From contig JBJKRJ010000025.1 in the NCBI GenBank assembly GCA_046704665.1, positions 17,772 through 81,771 on the forward strand: a stretch of 64,000 bases of DNA, in the 5' to 3' direction. This DNA comes from Thermoplasmata archaeon (lineage in GTDB: Archaea; Thermoplasmatota; Thermoplasmata; Lutacidiplasmatales; UBA184). Made by a program: the position numbers and the translations under genes. The notes beneath the pieces are model-generated. The model made no database searches. It was not told the origin of the DNA and saw nothing but the letters and a program-made list of their open reading frames with translations. Position 1 is the first letter of the stretch. Every line of letters begins with the position of its first letter. Positions 1 through 10,314 of this stretch are shown here, in pieces.

Positions 1-165
1 ATCGGAGAACGGAAAGCCGAGCTCGAGCGCGTGGGCGCCAGCGTCCCGTAGCGCTTCCGCGGTCGGGACGAGCGCCCTGCGACGCCGCCGGTCGAGAAGG
101 AGGTACGGGACGACGATCGGTTCCTCCCGCGCCCGCGCGGTCCGAAGGGCGCTATCGAGCCGCAT
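1..165 (-). CDS. trpA: Tryptophan synthase alpha subunit, N-terminal fragment (gene runs off the window start)
   Basis: Manual translation of the minus strand from ATG at 165 gives [55 protein letters not shown]. It ends in the TrpA ELG(F/I)PFSD motif. It overlaps the trpB stop by 14 nt. It is not in the ORF track because it is truncated. Confidence 0.75.
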   Translation of the reverse strand, partial: MRLDSALRTARAREEPIVVPYLLLDRRRRRALVPTAEALRDAGAHALELGFPFSD

Positions 166-1309
166 CCTGCACCACTCCGAGATCCTTGTCGCCCCGGCCC
201 GAGAGCGTCACGACCACGTGGTCGGTCGCCGGCCGCCGGCGCGCCTCCTCCACCGCGACGTAGAGCGCATGCGAGGCCTCGAGCGCCGGCAGGATCCCTT
301 CGTCCTCCGCGAGCCAGTGGAACGCCCGGAGCGCTTCGCGATCGTGCACCGAGCGGTACCGGACCCTGCCCGACGCCTTGAGCCAGGCGTGCTCGGGACC
401 GACCCCGGCATAGTCGAGACCGGCCGAAACGCTCTCGGTGTCGGCGATCTGGCCGTCCTTGTCCTGGAGGACGTAGGAGTAGGTGCCGTGCAGGATCCCG
501 GGGCGACCGTGGGAAAGAGAGGCCGCCCCCCGGGATCCCTTCGGTCCCCCGGCCTCCACACCGAGCAGCTCGACCTTCGTGCGGAGGAGGGGGTGGAACG
601 TTCCGATCGCGTTCGAGCCGCCTCCGACGCACGCGACGGCGAGGTCGGGGAGACGCCCAAAGGCGGGGGGCGACTGGCGCCGGATCTCCCGGCCGATGAC
701 GCTCTGGAAGTCGGCGACGATCGCGGGGAACGGGAACGGTCCGACGGCCGAGCCGAGGAGGTAGTGGGTGGTGCGCACGTTCGTGATCCAGTCGCGGAGC
801 GCGGCGTTGATGGCGTCCTTCAGGGTCTTGCGGCCCGTCGTGACCGGGACGACCTTCGCACCGAGGAGGCGCATCCGCTCGACGTTCGGCCGTTGGCGCG
901 CCATGTCGACGGTCCCCATGTAGACCTCGGTCTCGAGGCCGAGCGCCGCACCGACCATCGCGGTCGCCACGCCATGCTGTCCCGCACCGGTCTCGGCGAT
1001 CAGCCGGGGCTTGTCCATGCGGAGCGCGAGCAGCCCCTGGCCGAGGGCATTGTTGAACTTGTGCGCTCCCCCGTGGACGAGGTCCTCGCGCTTGAGCCAG
1101 ATCTCCGCCCCGCCGGCGCGCTCGCTCAATCGCCGGGCGTGGTAGAGCGGGGTCGGCCGTCCTCCGAGCGTGCGGGAGAGCCGCGCGTGCTCCTTCCGGA
1201 ACGCCGGGTCCTGCCGCGCCTCCTTCCAGACCCGCTCGAGCTCCTCGAGCGCCGGGACCAGCGTCTCGGGCACGAAGGCGCCACCGAACGGGCCGTAGCG
1301 TCTAGCCAT
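152..1309 (-). CDS. trpB: Tryptophan synthase beta subunit
   Basis: Internal ATG at 1309 of ORF 152..1861. The product starts [17 protein letters not shown] and contains [15 protein letters not shown] and GGGSNAIG (PLP-dependent TrpB motifs). The 5' part of the listed ORF is Arg/Ser-rich junk that overlaps trpF. Confidence 0.95.
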   Translation of the reverse strand: MARRYGPFGGAFVPETLVPALEELERVWKEARQDPAFRKEHARLSRTLGGRPTPLYHARRLSERAGGAEIWLKREDLVHGGAHKFNNALGQGLLALRMDKPRLIAETGAGQHGVATAMVGAALGLETEVYMGTVDMARQRPNVERMRLLGAKVVPVTTGRKTLKDAINAALRDWITNVRTTHYLLGSAVGPFPFPAIVADFQSVIGREIRRQSPPAFGRLPDLAVACVGGGSNAIGTFHPLLRTKVELLGVEAGGPKGSRGAASLSHGRPGILHGTYSYVLQDKDGQIADTESVSAGLDYAGVGPEHAWLKASGRVRYRSVHDREALRAFHWLAEDEGILPALEASHALYVAVEEARRRPATDHVVVTLSGRGDKDLGVVQDAAR

Positions 1310-1949
1310 GTCCGTGCTCGAACTCCCCGACGGCGCGCAGGAACGCGCGCATCTTCTCGATGTCCTTGATGCCGGGTCGGCTCTCGATCCCCGAGGAGAC
1401 GTCGACCCCCCAGGGCCGCACGGTCGCGAGCGCCTCGGCGACGTTCTCCGGAGAGAGTCCGCCGGCGAGGATGAACTTCCGTCCCGGGTGTGCATCGACG
1501 ATCCCCGCGCAGACCGTCCAGTCCGGGCGGGTTCCGCTCCCGCCCGGGAGCGGCTGGCCGGCCGCGTCGAGATGGACCCGGGGGAAGTCCTCCGGCGCCG
1601 GGATCTTCGGTTCCGTGCCCCCCGGCCCCGGCGGGGCGATCGGCACCGAGGGAACGAGGTGGTGCACCTCGAGGAACTCGAGGCCCGTGGGGACCTCACC
1701 GTAGACCTGCACGCGGTCGACCCCGACCTCACCAAAGAGGCGGTGGATGAGCTCGGCGGACGGTCGCACGACGACCGCCCATGCCTCGGCGTCCGGAGGG
1801 ACGTTCGCGACGAGCTCCGCGGCGCGTTCGGTCGTGAGGTTCCGCGGCGAGGCGGGGACATCGATGACGAAACCGGCGGCCCCGCCGTCCGGGACCTCGG
1901 CGAGCGCGGCGGGGTCGGTGATCCCGCAGAACTTGACGAACGTCCTCAC
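1302..1949 (-). CDS. trpF: Phosphoribosylanthranilate isomerase
   Basis: GTG at 1949 forms a GTGA overlap with the trpC stop. The product starts [14 protein letters not shown] and ends ...GGLSPENV...GVDVSSGIE, typical of TrpF. The upstream part of ORF 1302..2369 is non-genic. Confidence 0.85.
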   Translation of the reverse strand: MRTFVKFCGITDPAALAEVPDGGAAGFVIDVPASPRNLTTERAAELVANVPPDAEAWAVVVRPSAELIHRLFGEVGVDRVQVYGEVPTGLEFLEVHHLVPSVPIAPPGPGGTEPKIPAPEDFPRVHLDAAGQPLPGGSGTRPDWTVCAGIVDAHPGRKFILAGGLSPENVAEALATVRPWGVDVSSGIESRPGIKDIEKMRAFLRAVGEFEHGHG

Positions 1950-2752
1950 GAGCGCCTCCCGGCCGATGGCCGGCGGAGAGAGGCGAGGAAGCGCCCGGGG
2001 TCGGCCGCCCGCGCGACCGCCGTACCGATGAGGATACCGTCCGCTCCCGCGTCCCAGAACCACGCCGCGTCCTCCGGGGAGGCCACGCCGCTCAGCCCGA
2101 GGAGGGGCCGAAGGCCCGCGTCCCGGGCGGCCGCGATCGTGGCGAGCGCCGTGGGCCGGTCGATGCGGAGCGTATCGAGGTCCCGTACGTTGACGCCGAA
2201 CATGTCCGCATCGACCTCTACCGCGTCGGGTAGTTCTGTCTTCCGATGGAGCTCGAGGAGGACCTCGAGGCCCCGGTCGTGGGCCGCACGCGCCAGCGCG
2301 ACGAGGGGCCGCCGGAGGAGCCCTTCGGTCGCGAGCCGGGCGATGAGCAGCACCGCGCTCGCCCCGCACCGGGCCGCAACGTCGAGCGACCTAAGGTCCG
2401 TGATGAAGTCCTTGAACAGCACGGGACGGTCGGTGGCACGTACGAGTTCCGCGACATCGCCCGGGCACCCATCGAAGTGAGGTACGGTCGCGAGGCAGGA
2501 GAACCCGACGACCCCGGGGGCGTCGGCGCGCCGGACGAACTCCCGGGCCGCGTGCACGGGAAGCCGGGGCTCGGACTGCCCGGGCGAGACCCGCTTGAAC
2601 TCGACGAGCAGCGGTCCGTGACGCGCCCCGTGCTCGATCGCGCCTCGTAGGCTCGGCGGCCGAGCGCCCCTCTCGGTCGGAACGCCCTCGAGGTACCTCG
2701 GGTCCCGGGCCGCGACTTCGTTCTGCCGTACGACCTCGGCGAGGAACCCCAT
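1946..2752 (-). CDS. trpC: Indole-3-glycerol-phosphate synthase
   Basis: 268-aa ORF with LLVEFKRVSPG, KDFI and ELH motifs of IGPS. It sits between trpD and trpF. Confidence 0.9.
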   Translation of the reverse strand: MGFLAEVVRQNEVAARDPRYLEGVPTERGARPPSLRGAIEHGARHGPLLVEFKRVSPGQSEPRLPVHAAREFVRRADAPGVVGFSCLATVPHFDGCPGDVAELVRATDRPVLFKDFITDLRSLDVAARCGASAVLLIARLATEGLLRRPLVALARAAHDRGLEVLLELHRKTELPDAVEVDADMFGVNVRDLDTLRIDRPTALATIAAARDAGLRPLLGLSGVASPEDAAWFWDAGADGILIGTAVARAADPGRFLASLRRPSAGRRS

Positions 2753-2754
2753 GG

Positions 2755-3792
2755 TCAGCCCCCCGCCCCGCGAGGGAACCCGCGCGCGAGCTCGCGCAGC
2801 TCCCCGAGGAGCTCTTCCGCCGCTCCCGAGTCGATCGCTTCCCGCGCCCGCCGGATCCCTTTCTCGAGCGTCGCCGCACGGCCCGCGATCCAGATCGCAG
2901 CGCCGCTCGTCAGAAGGACCGAGCCCCGTCGTGCGCCGCCTCCCCCTGCGAGAAGCCGCTCGGCCTCCTCGGCCGCCTCACGGGACGGGAGCGCCCCCCA
3001 GTCGCCGCGCCGGTCCTCGGTCGGAAGGTACCTCTCGGGACGGACCAGGATCCGGCGGGACGAGCTCTCGTTCCAGCGGACCGCCGTGGTCGGTCCCCGC
3101 GGGGAGAACTCGTCGCATCCCTCGGGGGAGGTCATCGTGAGGCCCCCGAGCACCCCCAGCCGGGGCATCGCGACGGCGACCCGGCCCGCGGTCGAGAGGT
3201 CCGGGACCCCGACCACCTGGAACGGGACACGGGCCGGGTTCGACAGCGGCCCCAGCCGGTTGAAGATCGTCGGGATGCCGAGGAGCCTGCGCGCCGGTCC
3301 CACGACCGCCGTCGCTGGGTGGAAGAGCGGAGCATGCAGGAACGCAAGTCGGGTCCTCGCGTAGGAGGCCCGCGCAAAGTCGGCACGGGAAGTGACCGGG
3401 AGTCCGAGCGCCTCGAGAAGGTCGCTGGACCCGGAGGGCGCCCGAGCGCTGCGGTTGCCGTGCTTGACGACCGGTACGCCGGCGGCCGCGACCACGAAGG
3501 CGCTGACCGTGGAGACATTGTACGAGGGCCTCGGAGCACCGCCGGAGCCGCAGAGGTCGACGGGTCGGTCCTCGCGCGGCACAGGGAACGGCCGGGCGCG
3601 TCGCCGCATCTCGAGGGCGAACGCGGCGAGCTCGGTCGCGTCCTCGCGTCGCGACGCGAGCGCGACGAGGATCGCGGCACGATCGGCGTCGGAGGCCTCC
3701 GGTGCGAGGAGCGTGTCGAACGTATCGCGCGCTTCGGGCTGCGCGAGGCGCCGGGGGTCGAGCAGCCGCTGGAGTGTCGGCGCGAGGTTCAT
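2755..3792 (-). CDS. trpD: Anthranilate phosphoribosyltransferase
   Basis: ATG at 3792 forms an ATGA overlap with the trpG stop. The product starts MNLAPTLQRLLD and contains DLCGSGG, KHGNRS and SGSSDLLEALG (TrpD motifs). Confidence 0.93.
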   Translation of the reverse strand: MNLAPTLQRLLDPRRLAQPEARDTFDTLLAPEASDADRAAILVALASRREDATELAAFALEMRRRARPFPVPREDRPVDLCGSGGAPRPSYNVSTVSAFVVAAAGVPVVKHGNRSARAPSGSSDLLEALGLPVTSRADFARASYARTRLAFLHAPLFHPATAVVGPARRLLGIPTIFNRLGPLSNPARVPFQVVGVPDLSTAGRVAVAMPRLGVLGGLTMTSPEGCDEFSPRGPTTAVRWNESSSRRILVRPERYLPTEDRRGDWGALPSREAAEEAERLLAGGGGARRGSVLLTSGAAIWIAGRAATLEKGIRRAREAIDSGAAEELLGELRELARGFPRGAGG

Positions 3793-4370
3793 CGTCGGAC
3801 CTCCTCGACGAAGTTCTCGAGGATCTCGGGACCGTACCGGGTGAGGTACGACTCCGGATGGAACTGGACCGACGTGACCGGTCGACTCCGATGGCGAAGG
3901 GCCATCACGAGGCCGTCGGTCCCCCGGGCCGATACTTCGAGCGACGCGGGGACCGATGCCGGGTCCACCACGAGCGAGTGGTAGCGGGCGGCGACCATGG
4001 GCGACGGCACCCCCCGGAAGATCCCGCGACCGTCGTGGCGCAGCCGTGAGACCTCCCCATGGACCGGGGAAGGGGCCCGTACCACCCGGGCCCCGTAGTG
4101 CTCGGCGATCAGCTGGTGGCCGAGACAGATACCGAAGAACGGCCGCTCTCGGTCCCACCGTCGCAGGAGGGCCCGGGCCAGCCCGGTGAGCCGGGTGTCG
4201 CTCGGATGGCCCGGTCCCGGAGATAGGACCACCGCGTCCGGATCGACGGAGACCGCCTCGTTCCGCGGTACGGTCGCCCGAAGGCAGTGGACCTCGACAC
4301 CCCGCGCGGCGAGCGCCTGCCGCACGTTGTGCACGAACGAGTCCTCATGATCGATCAGCAGGAGCTTCAT
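3789..4370 (-). CDS. trpG: Anthranilate synthase component II (glutamine amidotransferase)
   Basis: ATG at 4370 forms an ATGA overlap with the trpE stop. The product starts MKLLLIDHEDSFVHN and contains the GICLGHQ catalytic Cys motif and FHPES. Confidence 0.93.
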   Translation of the reverse strand: MKLLLIDHEDSFVHNVRQALAARGVEVHCLRATVPRNEAVSVDPDAVVLSPGPGHPSDTRLTGLARALLRRWDRERPFFGICLGHQLIAEHYGARVVRAPSPVHGEVSRLRHDGRGIFRGVPSPMVAARYHSLVVDPASVPASLEVSARGTDGLVMALRHRSRPVTSVQFHPESYLTRYGPEILENFVEEVRR

Positions 4371-5560
4371 GCCGTCTCCCCGACCAAGGTCGCCTCGAGG
4401 TGCGAGAGCTTCGCGAGCGTCTCCCGGAACTCCTGGGCCGGGACCGAGCGGTGGACGATCCCCGCACCGGCGGCGGTGTACAGGCGCCGGCCGGCCGCGA
4501 ACGCGGTCCGTATCGCGAGCGCCCAGTCGCCGCGGCCGGCGCCATCGAGAAGCCCGACCGCGCCCGCATACGGCCCCCGCCAGCTGTCCTCCTCCCGACG
4601 GAGGAGCTGGGTCGCACGGATCTTCGGGGCCCCGCTCACGGTGCCGGCAGGGAACGTCGCGCGCAGGACGGACCAGGGATCGCACCCCTTCGGCAGGACC
4701 GCCGAGACCCGGCTCACCAGGTGATCGAGCCGGGCGTAATGGACGCGCCGCTCGCTCCAGAGGAGCCGGACCGTCCCCGGTCGGGCGAACTGGCCGAGGT
4801 CGTTGCGTGCGAGGTCGACCAGCATCCGGTGCTCGGCGAGCTCCTTCGGGTCGACCTCGAGCGCCGGCCGACGCGCGCGCCCGGGTTCGGCCCAGAACGT
4901 CCCGGCGATCGGGTTCACGAACGCTCGGCCGTCGCGCACCTCGCAGACCGATTCCGGAGTCGCCCCGACGATCTCCCGCTCGCCGAACCTGAGGTAATAG
5001 AAGTACGCATACCTCTCCGAGGCGCGGAGCCGGCCCGCACGGACGAGGAGATCGGTCGGCCGGGACCAGGTGCGTCGGTGGGAGAGGACCGCCTGGAACG
5101 CCTCGCCCTCGCGGATCGCACGCTGAAGCCGGCGGACGCCGGACTCGAACCGGCGTCTCGGCAGGGTGTCCGCCTCCGGCGCCGCGGGGTCGGACGGGAC
5201 GGGTGCGGCGAGCGGTCGGGGGGAGATCCGGCGGACCGTGGGGTCGCGGACGAAGGCGAACTCCCCGAGCGGAAACGGGCTCCCGGTCGCGAAGGTCGCG
5301 AGCGCCGGCTCGATCAGGCCGACCGCATCGAACCCGAGGTACCCGAGGACCGTACGGTGACCGGGTCCCGCGAGGAACCGGTGCGAGGCACGCGCCACCT
5401 CTTCGAAACCGGTAGAGCCATTGATCGGGAGGACCGCGTCGGCGCGGGTGAACGAGACCGCGAGGCCCGCGCCGCGGCCGGCGACGGCGCTCCGCTCAAA
5501 GTAGCCCGCGGTCTCCGACCGTTCGGCCCGGGCGACGAACTCCGACCAAGGGTCGCTCAT
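4367..5560 (-). CDS. trpE: Anthranilate synthase component I
   Basis: 397-aa ORF. The C-terminal chorismate-binding region has FPAGTVSGAPKIRA, RGPYAGAVG and AGAGIV motifs. The N-terminal domain is short. Confidence 0.9.
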   Translation of the reverse strand: MSDPWSEFVARAERSETAGYFERSAVAGRGAGLAVSFTRADAVLPINGSTGFEEVARASHRFLAGPGHRTVLGYLGFDAVGLIEPALATFATGSPFPLGEFAFVRDPTVRRISPRPLAAPVPSDPAAPEADTLPRRRFESGVRRLQRAIREGEAFQAVLSHRRTWSRPTDLLVRAGRLRASERYAYFYYLRFGEREIVGATPESVCEVRDGRAFVNPIAGTFWAEPGRARRPALEVDPKELAEHRMLVDLARNDLGQFARPGTVRLLWSERRVHYARLDHLVSRVSAVLPKGCDPWSVLRATFPAGTVSGAPKIRATQLLRREEDSWRGPYAGAVGLLDGAGRGDWALAIRTAFAAGRRLYTAAGAGIVHRSVPAQEFRETLAKLSHLEATLVGETA

Positions 5561-6876
5561 CGTCCTCCGTCCCGAACGAGGGCACGGTGCATCGCACGGA
5601 GGACCGCAGGCCCCCGGGTCTCGGGGACCGCGAGCGAGAGCGCGCGGGGGGTCGCGCTGAATCCTTCCGCGCCCGCCACCGCCGACGGGGGGACCCGGTC
5701 GAGGTCGGCGAGGATCCCGTCGCCGATCGCGATCACGAGCGTGACCGGGAACGGCCCCTCGACCGCCGCGGCGGCCTCGCGCGTCATCGGCTCGAGGGCG
5801 CGCAGGGTGCGCGCGACGTCCGCCGGTTCCAGCACGAGGCAGAGGAGCGCCGAGGACGTGTAGAGCTGGACCAGGTTCACGTCCGCGGCCGCGAGCCTTC
5901 GGGAGAGCTCGGCGACGATCCCGGGTCGCTGGCGACCGCCCGGTACCCTCAGGCGCAGGAGCCGGAGCCGCCGGATCCGCGTCAACGCCCGGTTGTGACG
6001 CCGTGCGTTCCCCGGGCCGATGGTCGTGACGACCGAAGGGTCCTCGAGGGAACGGACCTTGAGGAGGATCCCGTGGGCGCGCGCCGGCTCGATCGTGAGC
6101 GGATGGAGCACCTTCGCCCCGAACTGGGCAAGCTCCTCGGCCTCCTCGTAAGAGAGCTCGGAGATCGGTCGGGCCTCGGGGACCTCCCTCGGGTCGGCGG
6201 AGAGGACCGCGACGTCGTGCTTGACAAGCTCGACCCGGGCGGCGTCGAGGAGCGCCCCGATCCCGGCCGCGGCGTAGTCCGACCCTCCGCGTCCCAGGGT
6301 CGCGACCCGTCCCTCCAGGCTGCGACCGAAGTACCCCGTCACGACCGGGAGCTCGCCCCGTTGGAGCCGGCGGCGGAGCCCGTTCCGGACCGCCGCCCGG
6401 GACCGGTCGAACAGGATCAGCGAGGCGCCGTAGCTATTGTCCGTGATGAGACCGAGATGGTCGGCCTCGATCGGTACCGACGGGAACCCGGCGCGGCGTA
6501 GCTCCTCCGAGAGCCAGTGGACCGCGAGGCGCTCCCCCTGGCTCAGGAGCCGGTCGGACCGCGCGGGATCCGGGTCGTCGGCCCTCTCGAGCTCTCCGAA
6601 GAGGCGTCGCACCCGCTCGAGCTGCCGTCGGCCGGCGTCCGAGAGTCCCGGGTGCCGCTCCCGCAGTCGCTCGACGATCCTCCGGTGGAACGCGCTCGCC
6701 CTGGGGCGCGCGAGGCCCTGGAGCAGGAGATCGGTGACCCCCTGACGGGCAGAGACGACCACCACGACCGGCGCGCCCGCCGCCCGGACCCCCCGGAGGT
6801 CCTCCACGACCCGGAGCGGATCTTCGAGCGTGGCCCCGCCGAACTTCACGATCACGGGGGACGGACCCGACGGCAC
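5557..6876 (-). CDS. ask: Aspartate kinase with C-terminal ACT-like region
   Basis: GTG at 6876 lies 8 nt downstream of GGAGG (alternative GTG at 6855). The product has VIVKFGGATL, LGRGGSDYAA and FGAKVLHP motifs. The ATGA overlap of its stop with the trpE start is visible at 5557-5560. Confidence 0.88.
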   Translation of the reverse strand: MPSGPSPVIVKFGGATLEDPLRVVEDLRGVRAAGAPVVVVVSARQGVTDLLLQGLARPRASAFHRRIVERLRERHPGLSDAGRRQLERVRRLFGELERADDPDPARSDRLLSQGERLAVHWLSEELRRAGFPSVPIEADHLGLITDNSYGASLILFDRSRAAVRNGLRRRLQRGELPVVTGYFGRSLEGRVATLGRGGSDYAAAGIGALLDAARVELVKHDVAVLSADPREVPEARPISELSYEEAEELAQFGAKVLHPLTIEPARAHGILLKVRSLEDPSVVTTIGPGNARRHNRALTRIRRLRLLRLRVPGGRQRPGIVAELSRRLAAADVNLVQLYTSSALLCLVLEPADVARTLRALEPMTREAAAAVEGPFPVTLVIAIGDGILADLDRVPPSAVAGAEGFSATPRALSLAVPETRGPAVLRAMHRALVRDGGR

Positions 6877-6881
6877 CGGTG

Positions 6882-7955
6882 CTATCCTCCCTCGCGCGAA
6901 AGGAACCCTCGCGCCCGGAGCAGCTCGGCATTGAGGACGGACCCTCCCGCCCCACCGCGGACCGCATTGTGCGAGAGCACGAAGAACCGCAAGTACGGCG
7001 GCGACCACCGGACCCGTCCCACGACCACGGCCATGCCGCGCGCCCGGGGCGGGGCGCCGGCCCAGCGGTCCCGGAGCGGCTGGGGCCGGTCCGGCTCGTC
7101 CCGGACCTCGATGGGAGGACGGGGCGCGGTCGGCAGATCGAGCGGGCGCAGCGGATCGAACTCCTTCCACGCGCGAACGATCTCGGAGAGCGGCGCCCGC
7201 CGCCCGGCGTCGATCGTCACCGCCTCGAGGTGCCCCTCCCGTGTCCCCACGCGCGCGCAGTGGGCGAGGAACGGCACGTCGAGCTCCCGCACCCGGCCCG
7301 AACGGTAGCGCCCGAGGATACGGGCCGACTCGCGCGCGATCTTTTCCTCCTCCTCACGGATGAACGGGACGACGTTGTCGGTGATCGCGAGCGAGGGGAC
7401 GCCGGGGTAGCCGGCGCCCGAGAGCGCCTGGTAGGTTGCCACATGGACGCCCCGAGGACGCAGAACTCCGAGGAGGGGGGCGACCGGCAGGACCAGCCCG
7501 GTCGTCGAGCAGTTCGCGTTCGTGACCAGGAGGCCTGCACCCGAGCGCCGTCGTCGCAGGAGTTCGAGGTGATCGGCGTTCACTTCCGGAACGAGCAGCG
7601 GGAAACCGGGATCGAGACGGTGGTCGGCGGCGTTCGAGAAGACGGAGACCCCGCGGCGGACCAGCTCCGACTCGACCGGGCCCGCGGTCCCCGAAGGGAG
7701 CGCCGAGAAGGCGACCCGGACCCCGGCACGTACGAGCTCCGAAGGCGTCGCCGGTAGGAGCCGAGCTCCCGCGAGGTCCTTCGGTGGGTCCTCCGCGAGC
7801 TGCCAGAGCTCCTCGAGCCGCTTCCCTTCGGAACGTTCTCCCCCGACCAGCTTCGGCGCGTCGAAGTGCGGATGGTCCGCGAGCAGGCGCGCGAAGTGCT
7901 GGCCGATGTAGCCACCCGCCCCGAGGATCGCCGTAGGGATGCGCGGGTCGCTCAT
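6882..7955 (-). CDS. asd: Aspartate-semialdehyde dehydrogenase
   Basis: ATG at 7955 forms an ATGA overlap with the aroC stop. The product starts MSDPRIPTAILGAGGYIGQ (NAD(P)-binding) and contains the TNANCSTTGL active-site Cys motif. Confidence 0.9.
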   Translation of the reverse strand: MSDPRIPTAILGAGGYIGQHFARLLADHPHFDAPKLVGGERSEGKRLEELWQLAEDPPKDLAGARLLPATPSELVRAGVRVAFSALPSGTAGPVESELVRRGVSVFSNAADHRLDPGFPLLVPEVNADHLELLRRRRSGAGLLVTNANCSTTGLVLPVAPLLGVLRPRGVHVATYQALSGAGYPGVPSLAITDNVVPFIREEEEKIARESARILGRYRSGRVRELDVPFLAHCARVGTREGHLEAVTIDAGRRAPLSEIVRAWKEFDPLRPLDLPTAPRPPIEVRDEPDRPQPLRDRWAGAPPRARGMAVVVGRVRWSPPYLRFFVLSHNAVRGGAGGSVLNAELLRARGFLSREGG

Positions 7956-9040
7956 GCCAGGAACCCTCCGCGCAGGGCGAGGTCGGTCAGGGCGATCGCC
8001 GCGACCGATTCGAGCACGACCACCGCTCGGGGCACGATGCACGGGTCGTGCCGGCCCGTGACGACGAGCTCCGCCGGTTCCTGCGTGGCAAGATCGACGG
8101 TCCGCTGGGGGCGCGCGATCGAGCTCGTCGGCTTGACCGCCGCGCGGAAGACGATCGGCATCCCGTCCGCGAGTCCTCCGAGGACCCCGCCGGCATGGTT
8201 CGTCTCGGTCGCGACCCGTCCGCCCCTCCATACGAACGCGTCGTTGTGCTCGCTGCCTCTCATCCGCGCCCCCTCGAACCCGGCGCCGAACTCGATCGCC
8301 TTGATCGCCGGCACGGAAAAGGCGAGGTGGGCGATCGAGCTCTCGATGGAATCGAAGAACGGCTCGCCGAGCCCGACGGGAACCCCCGTGACACGGACCT
8401 CGACGACCCCTCCGAGGCTGTCCCCCGCACGTCGCGCCTCGGCGATCGCCTCCTCCATCTGCCGGGCGACCTCGGGGTCCGGCGTTCCGACCTCTTGGGC
8501 GGCGACGCGGTCCGCAAGGGTCGCGAGGTCGATCGACTCGGCGACCTCGGCGTCGACCGGACCGATCGACCGGGTGAAGGCGACGATGGCGACCCCCTTT
8601 TCGGCGAGGAGCGAGCGCGCGATCGAGCCCGCGATCACCAGGCCCACGGTCATCCGCCCGGAGAAGATCCCCCCTCCCGAGAGGTCGGCGTCGGCCCCGT
8701 ACCGTACCCGGGCCGGATAGTCGGCGTGCCCGGGTCGCGGAGTGTCCCGCATCCGGTCGTACGGCTCGCGACGCACGTCCTCGTTCGCCACGTGGGCCCG
8801 GAAGAGCGTGCCGTCCGTCCGATCCCCCTCGCCGACGCCCGCGTCGACGACGAGGCGGTCCTCCTCCTGGCGCTTCGTCGCGAGGCGCCGTCCGTACGGT
8901 CGGCGGCGATCGAGCTCGGATTGGATGCGTCGGACGTCGATCCGGGTCCCGGGCGGCACTCCCTGGATCGCCACCCCTACCTCGGGGCCGTGACTCGAGC
9001 CGATCAGCCGGATGCGGAACCGCTCTCCGAACTCCATCAT
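7952..9040 (-). CDS. aroC: Chorismate synthase
   Basis: 362-aa ORF with GSSHGPEVG, RRPGHADY and GGGIFSGR chorismate synthase signatures. Confidence 0.93.
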   Translation of the reverse strand: MMEFGERFRIRLIGSSHGPEVGVAIQGVPPGTRIDVRRIQSELDRRRPYGRRLATKRQEEDRLVVDAGVGEGDRTDGTLFRAHVANEDVRREPYDRMRDTPRPGHADYPARVRYGADADLSGGGIFSGRMTVGLVIAGSIARSLLAEKGVAIVAFTRSIGPVDAEVAESIDLATLADRVAAQEVGTPDPEVARQMEEAIAEARRAGDSLGGVVEVRVTGVPVGLGEPFFDSIESSIAHLAFSVPAIKAIEFGAGFEGARMRGSEHNDAFVWRGGRVATETNHAGGVLGGLADGMPIVFRAAVKPTSSIARPQRTVDLATQEPAELVVTGRHDPCIVPRAVVVLESVAAIALTDLALRGGFLA

Positions 9041-10314
9041 GCGGGCCCGTCCTGCCCGGTCACCGTCTCGAGCGCGTCCCAGAAGTTGGGGTAGGACTTC
9101 GCGACGACGTTCCGCTCGCCGAGCGTAGACCGTCCCCGGGCCACCAGTGCGCCGACCGCGGCGCTCATCAGCATCCGGTGGTCGGTGAGGTCCCTCAGCG
9201 TGAGCGGCTTCACCGACCGCGTCCCTTCGATGCGGAGCCGGTCGGGTGCGACCCGGACCCGCGCCCCGAGCGCGCGGGCGAGCCGGATCGTCCCGGCCCG
9301 CCGGTCGGACTCCTTGACCGCGACGTGGGCGGCGCCCCGGAGCTCGCTAGGGCCCGGGGTGACGGCTGCGAGCACCCCCAGGAGCGGGTAGAGATCCGGT
9401 GTGTCCGTGAGATCGGCCGAGAACGGTCGGAGCGGTCCGCCGCGGACACGGACTCGCTCCCGGTGGGTCCGGACCTCGGCCCCCTGCCGGCGGAGGATCG
9501 AGAGGATCCCGAAGTCGGCCTGCGGCCAGACCGCCGCCGGCGAGATCCCTCGTACCTCGACGTCGCCGCCCGTGATCGCCGCGGCGGCCCAGAAGTAGGC
9601 GGCGCTCGAAGCGTCCCCGGGGACCGCGAACCGGGAGCGACGGTATCGCTGGCCTCCGGGGATCGAAATGCGACGACCGCGCCGTCGGAGCCGGATCCCG
9701 TGGTGGGCCAGCAGCGCCATCGTCGCCTCGATGTAGGGCCGCGAGACGGGACGTCCCTCGAGGAAGAGCGCGGAGTCCTCGATGCGAGTCGGCAGCGCGA
9801 GAAGGAGCGCGGAGGCGAACTGCGAGCTTTCGGAAGTGTCGAGGTGCACGGGGCCTCCGTGCATCGGACCGGTGATCTCGACCGGGAGTCCCTCACCCGC
9901 GCGCCGGACCCGCGCGCCGAGTCCCTCGAGCGAGCGAAGCAGGCTCTCCAGCGGCCGCTCGGAAAGCCTCGGAGCACCTCGGAGGACCACCGGCGCGTCG
10001 TGGAGGGCGGCGAGCGCGGCGACGAACCGGAGCGTCGTTCCGGATTCGCCACAGTCGACGGTGACCGAGCGATGCGGGCCATGGGACCGGGCGGGCCGGA
10101 TCGTCCAGCTCGATCGTCCGCGCACGACCGGAGTCCCGAGACGGGAGACCGCGCGCAGGCTCGCCCGGGTGTCGCCCGCATCGAGAGGACGGTCGATCCG
10201 GTAGCGCCGGCCCGCGAGATGTCCCGCGACGACCGCGCGGTGCGTGTAGCTCTTGGACGGAGGCGCGACGAGTCGGCCGGAGACCGTCCCCGGACGAAGT
10301 GATACCACGGTCAT
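9037..10314 (-). CDS. aroA: 3-phosphoshikimate 1-carboxyvinyltransferase (EPSP synthase)
   Basis: ATG at 10314 shares 1 nt with the stop of the upstream kinase gene (TGATG). The product starts MTVVSLRPGTVSGRLVAPPSKSYTHRA and contains the LGNSGTT-like segment CGESGTTLRF. Confidence 0.92.
   Translation of the reverse strand: MTVVSLRPGTVSGRLVAPPSKSYTHRAVVAGHLAGRRYRIDRPLDAGDTRASLRAVSRLGTPVVRGRSSWTIRPARSHGPHRSVTVDCGESGTTLRFVAALAALHDAPVVLRGAPRLSERPLESLLRSLEGLGARVRRAGEGLPVEITGPMHGGPVHLDTSESSQFASALLLALPTRIEDSALFLEGRPVSRPYIEATMALLAHHGIRLRRRGRRISIPGGQRYRRSRFAVPGDASSAAYFWAAAAITGGDVEVRGISPAAVWPQADFGILSILRRQGAEVRTHRERVRVRGGPLRPFSADLTDTPDLYPLLGVLAAVTPGPSELRGAAHVAVKESDRRAGTIRLARALGARVRVAPDRLRIEGTRSVKPLTLRDLTDHRMLMSAAVGALVARGRSTLGERNVVAKSYPNFWDALETVTGQDGPA

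Noticed and set aside
152-1861. Long N-terminal extensions of real genes in the ORF track (for example trpB 569 aa, trpD 467 aa, aroA 550 aa, shikimate kinase 597 aa, SDR 576 aa, MetE-like 830 aa).
   Set aside because: The extensions are Arg/Ser/Pro-rich and overlap the upstream gene. In each case an internal ATG/GTG gives a canonical N-terminus and a 1-14-nt overlap or short gap with the upstream stop.
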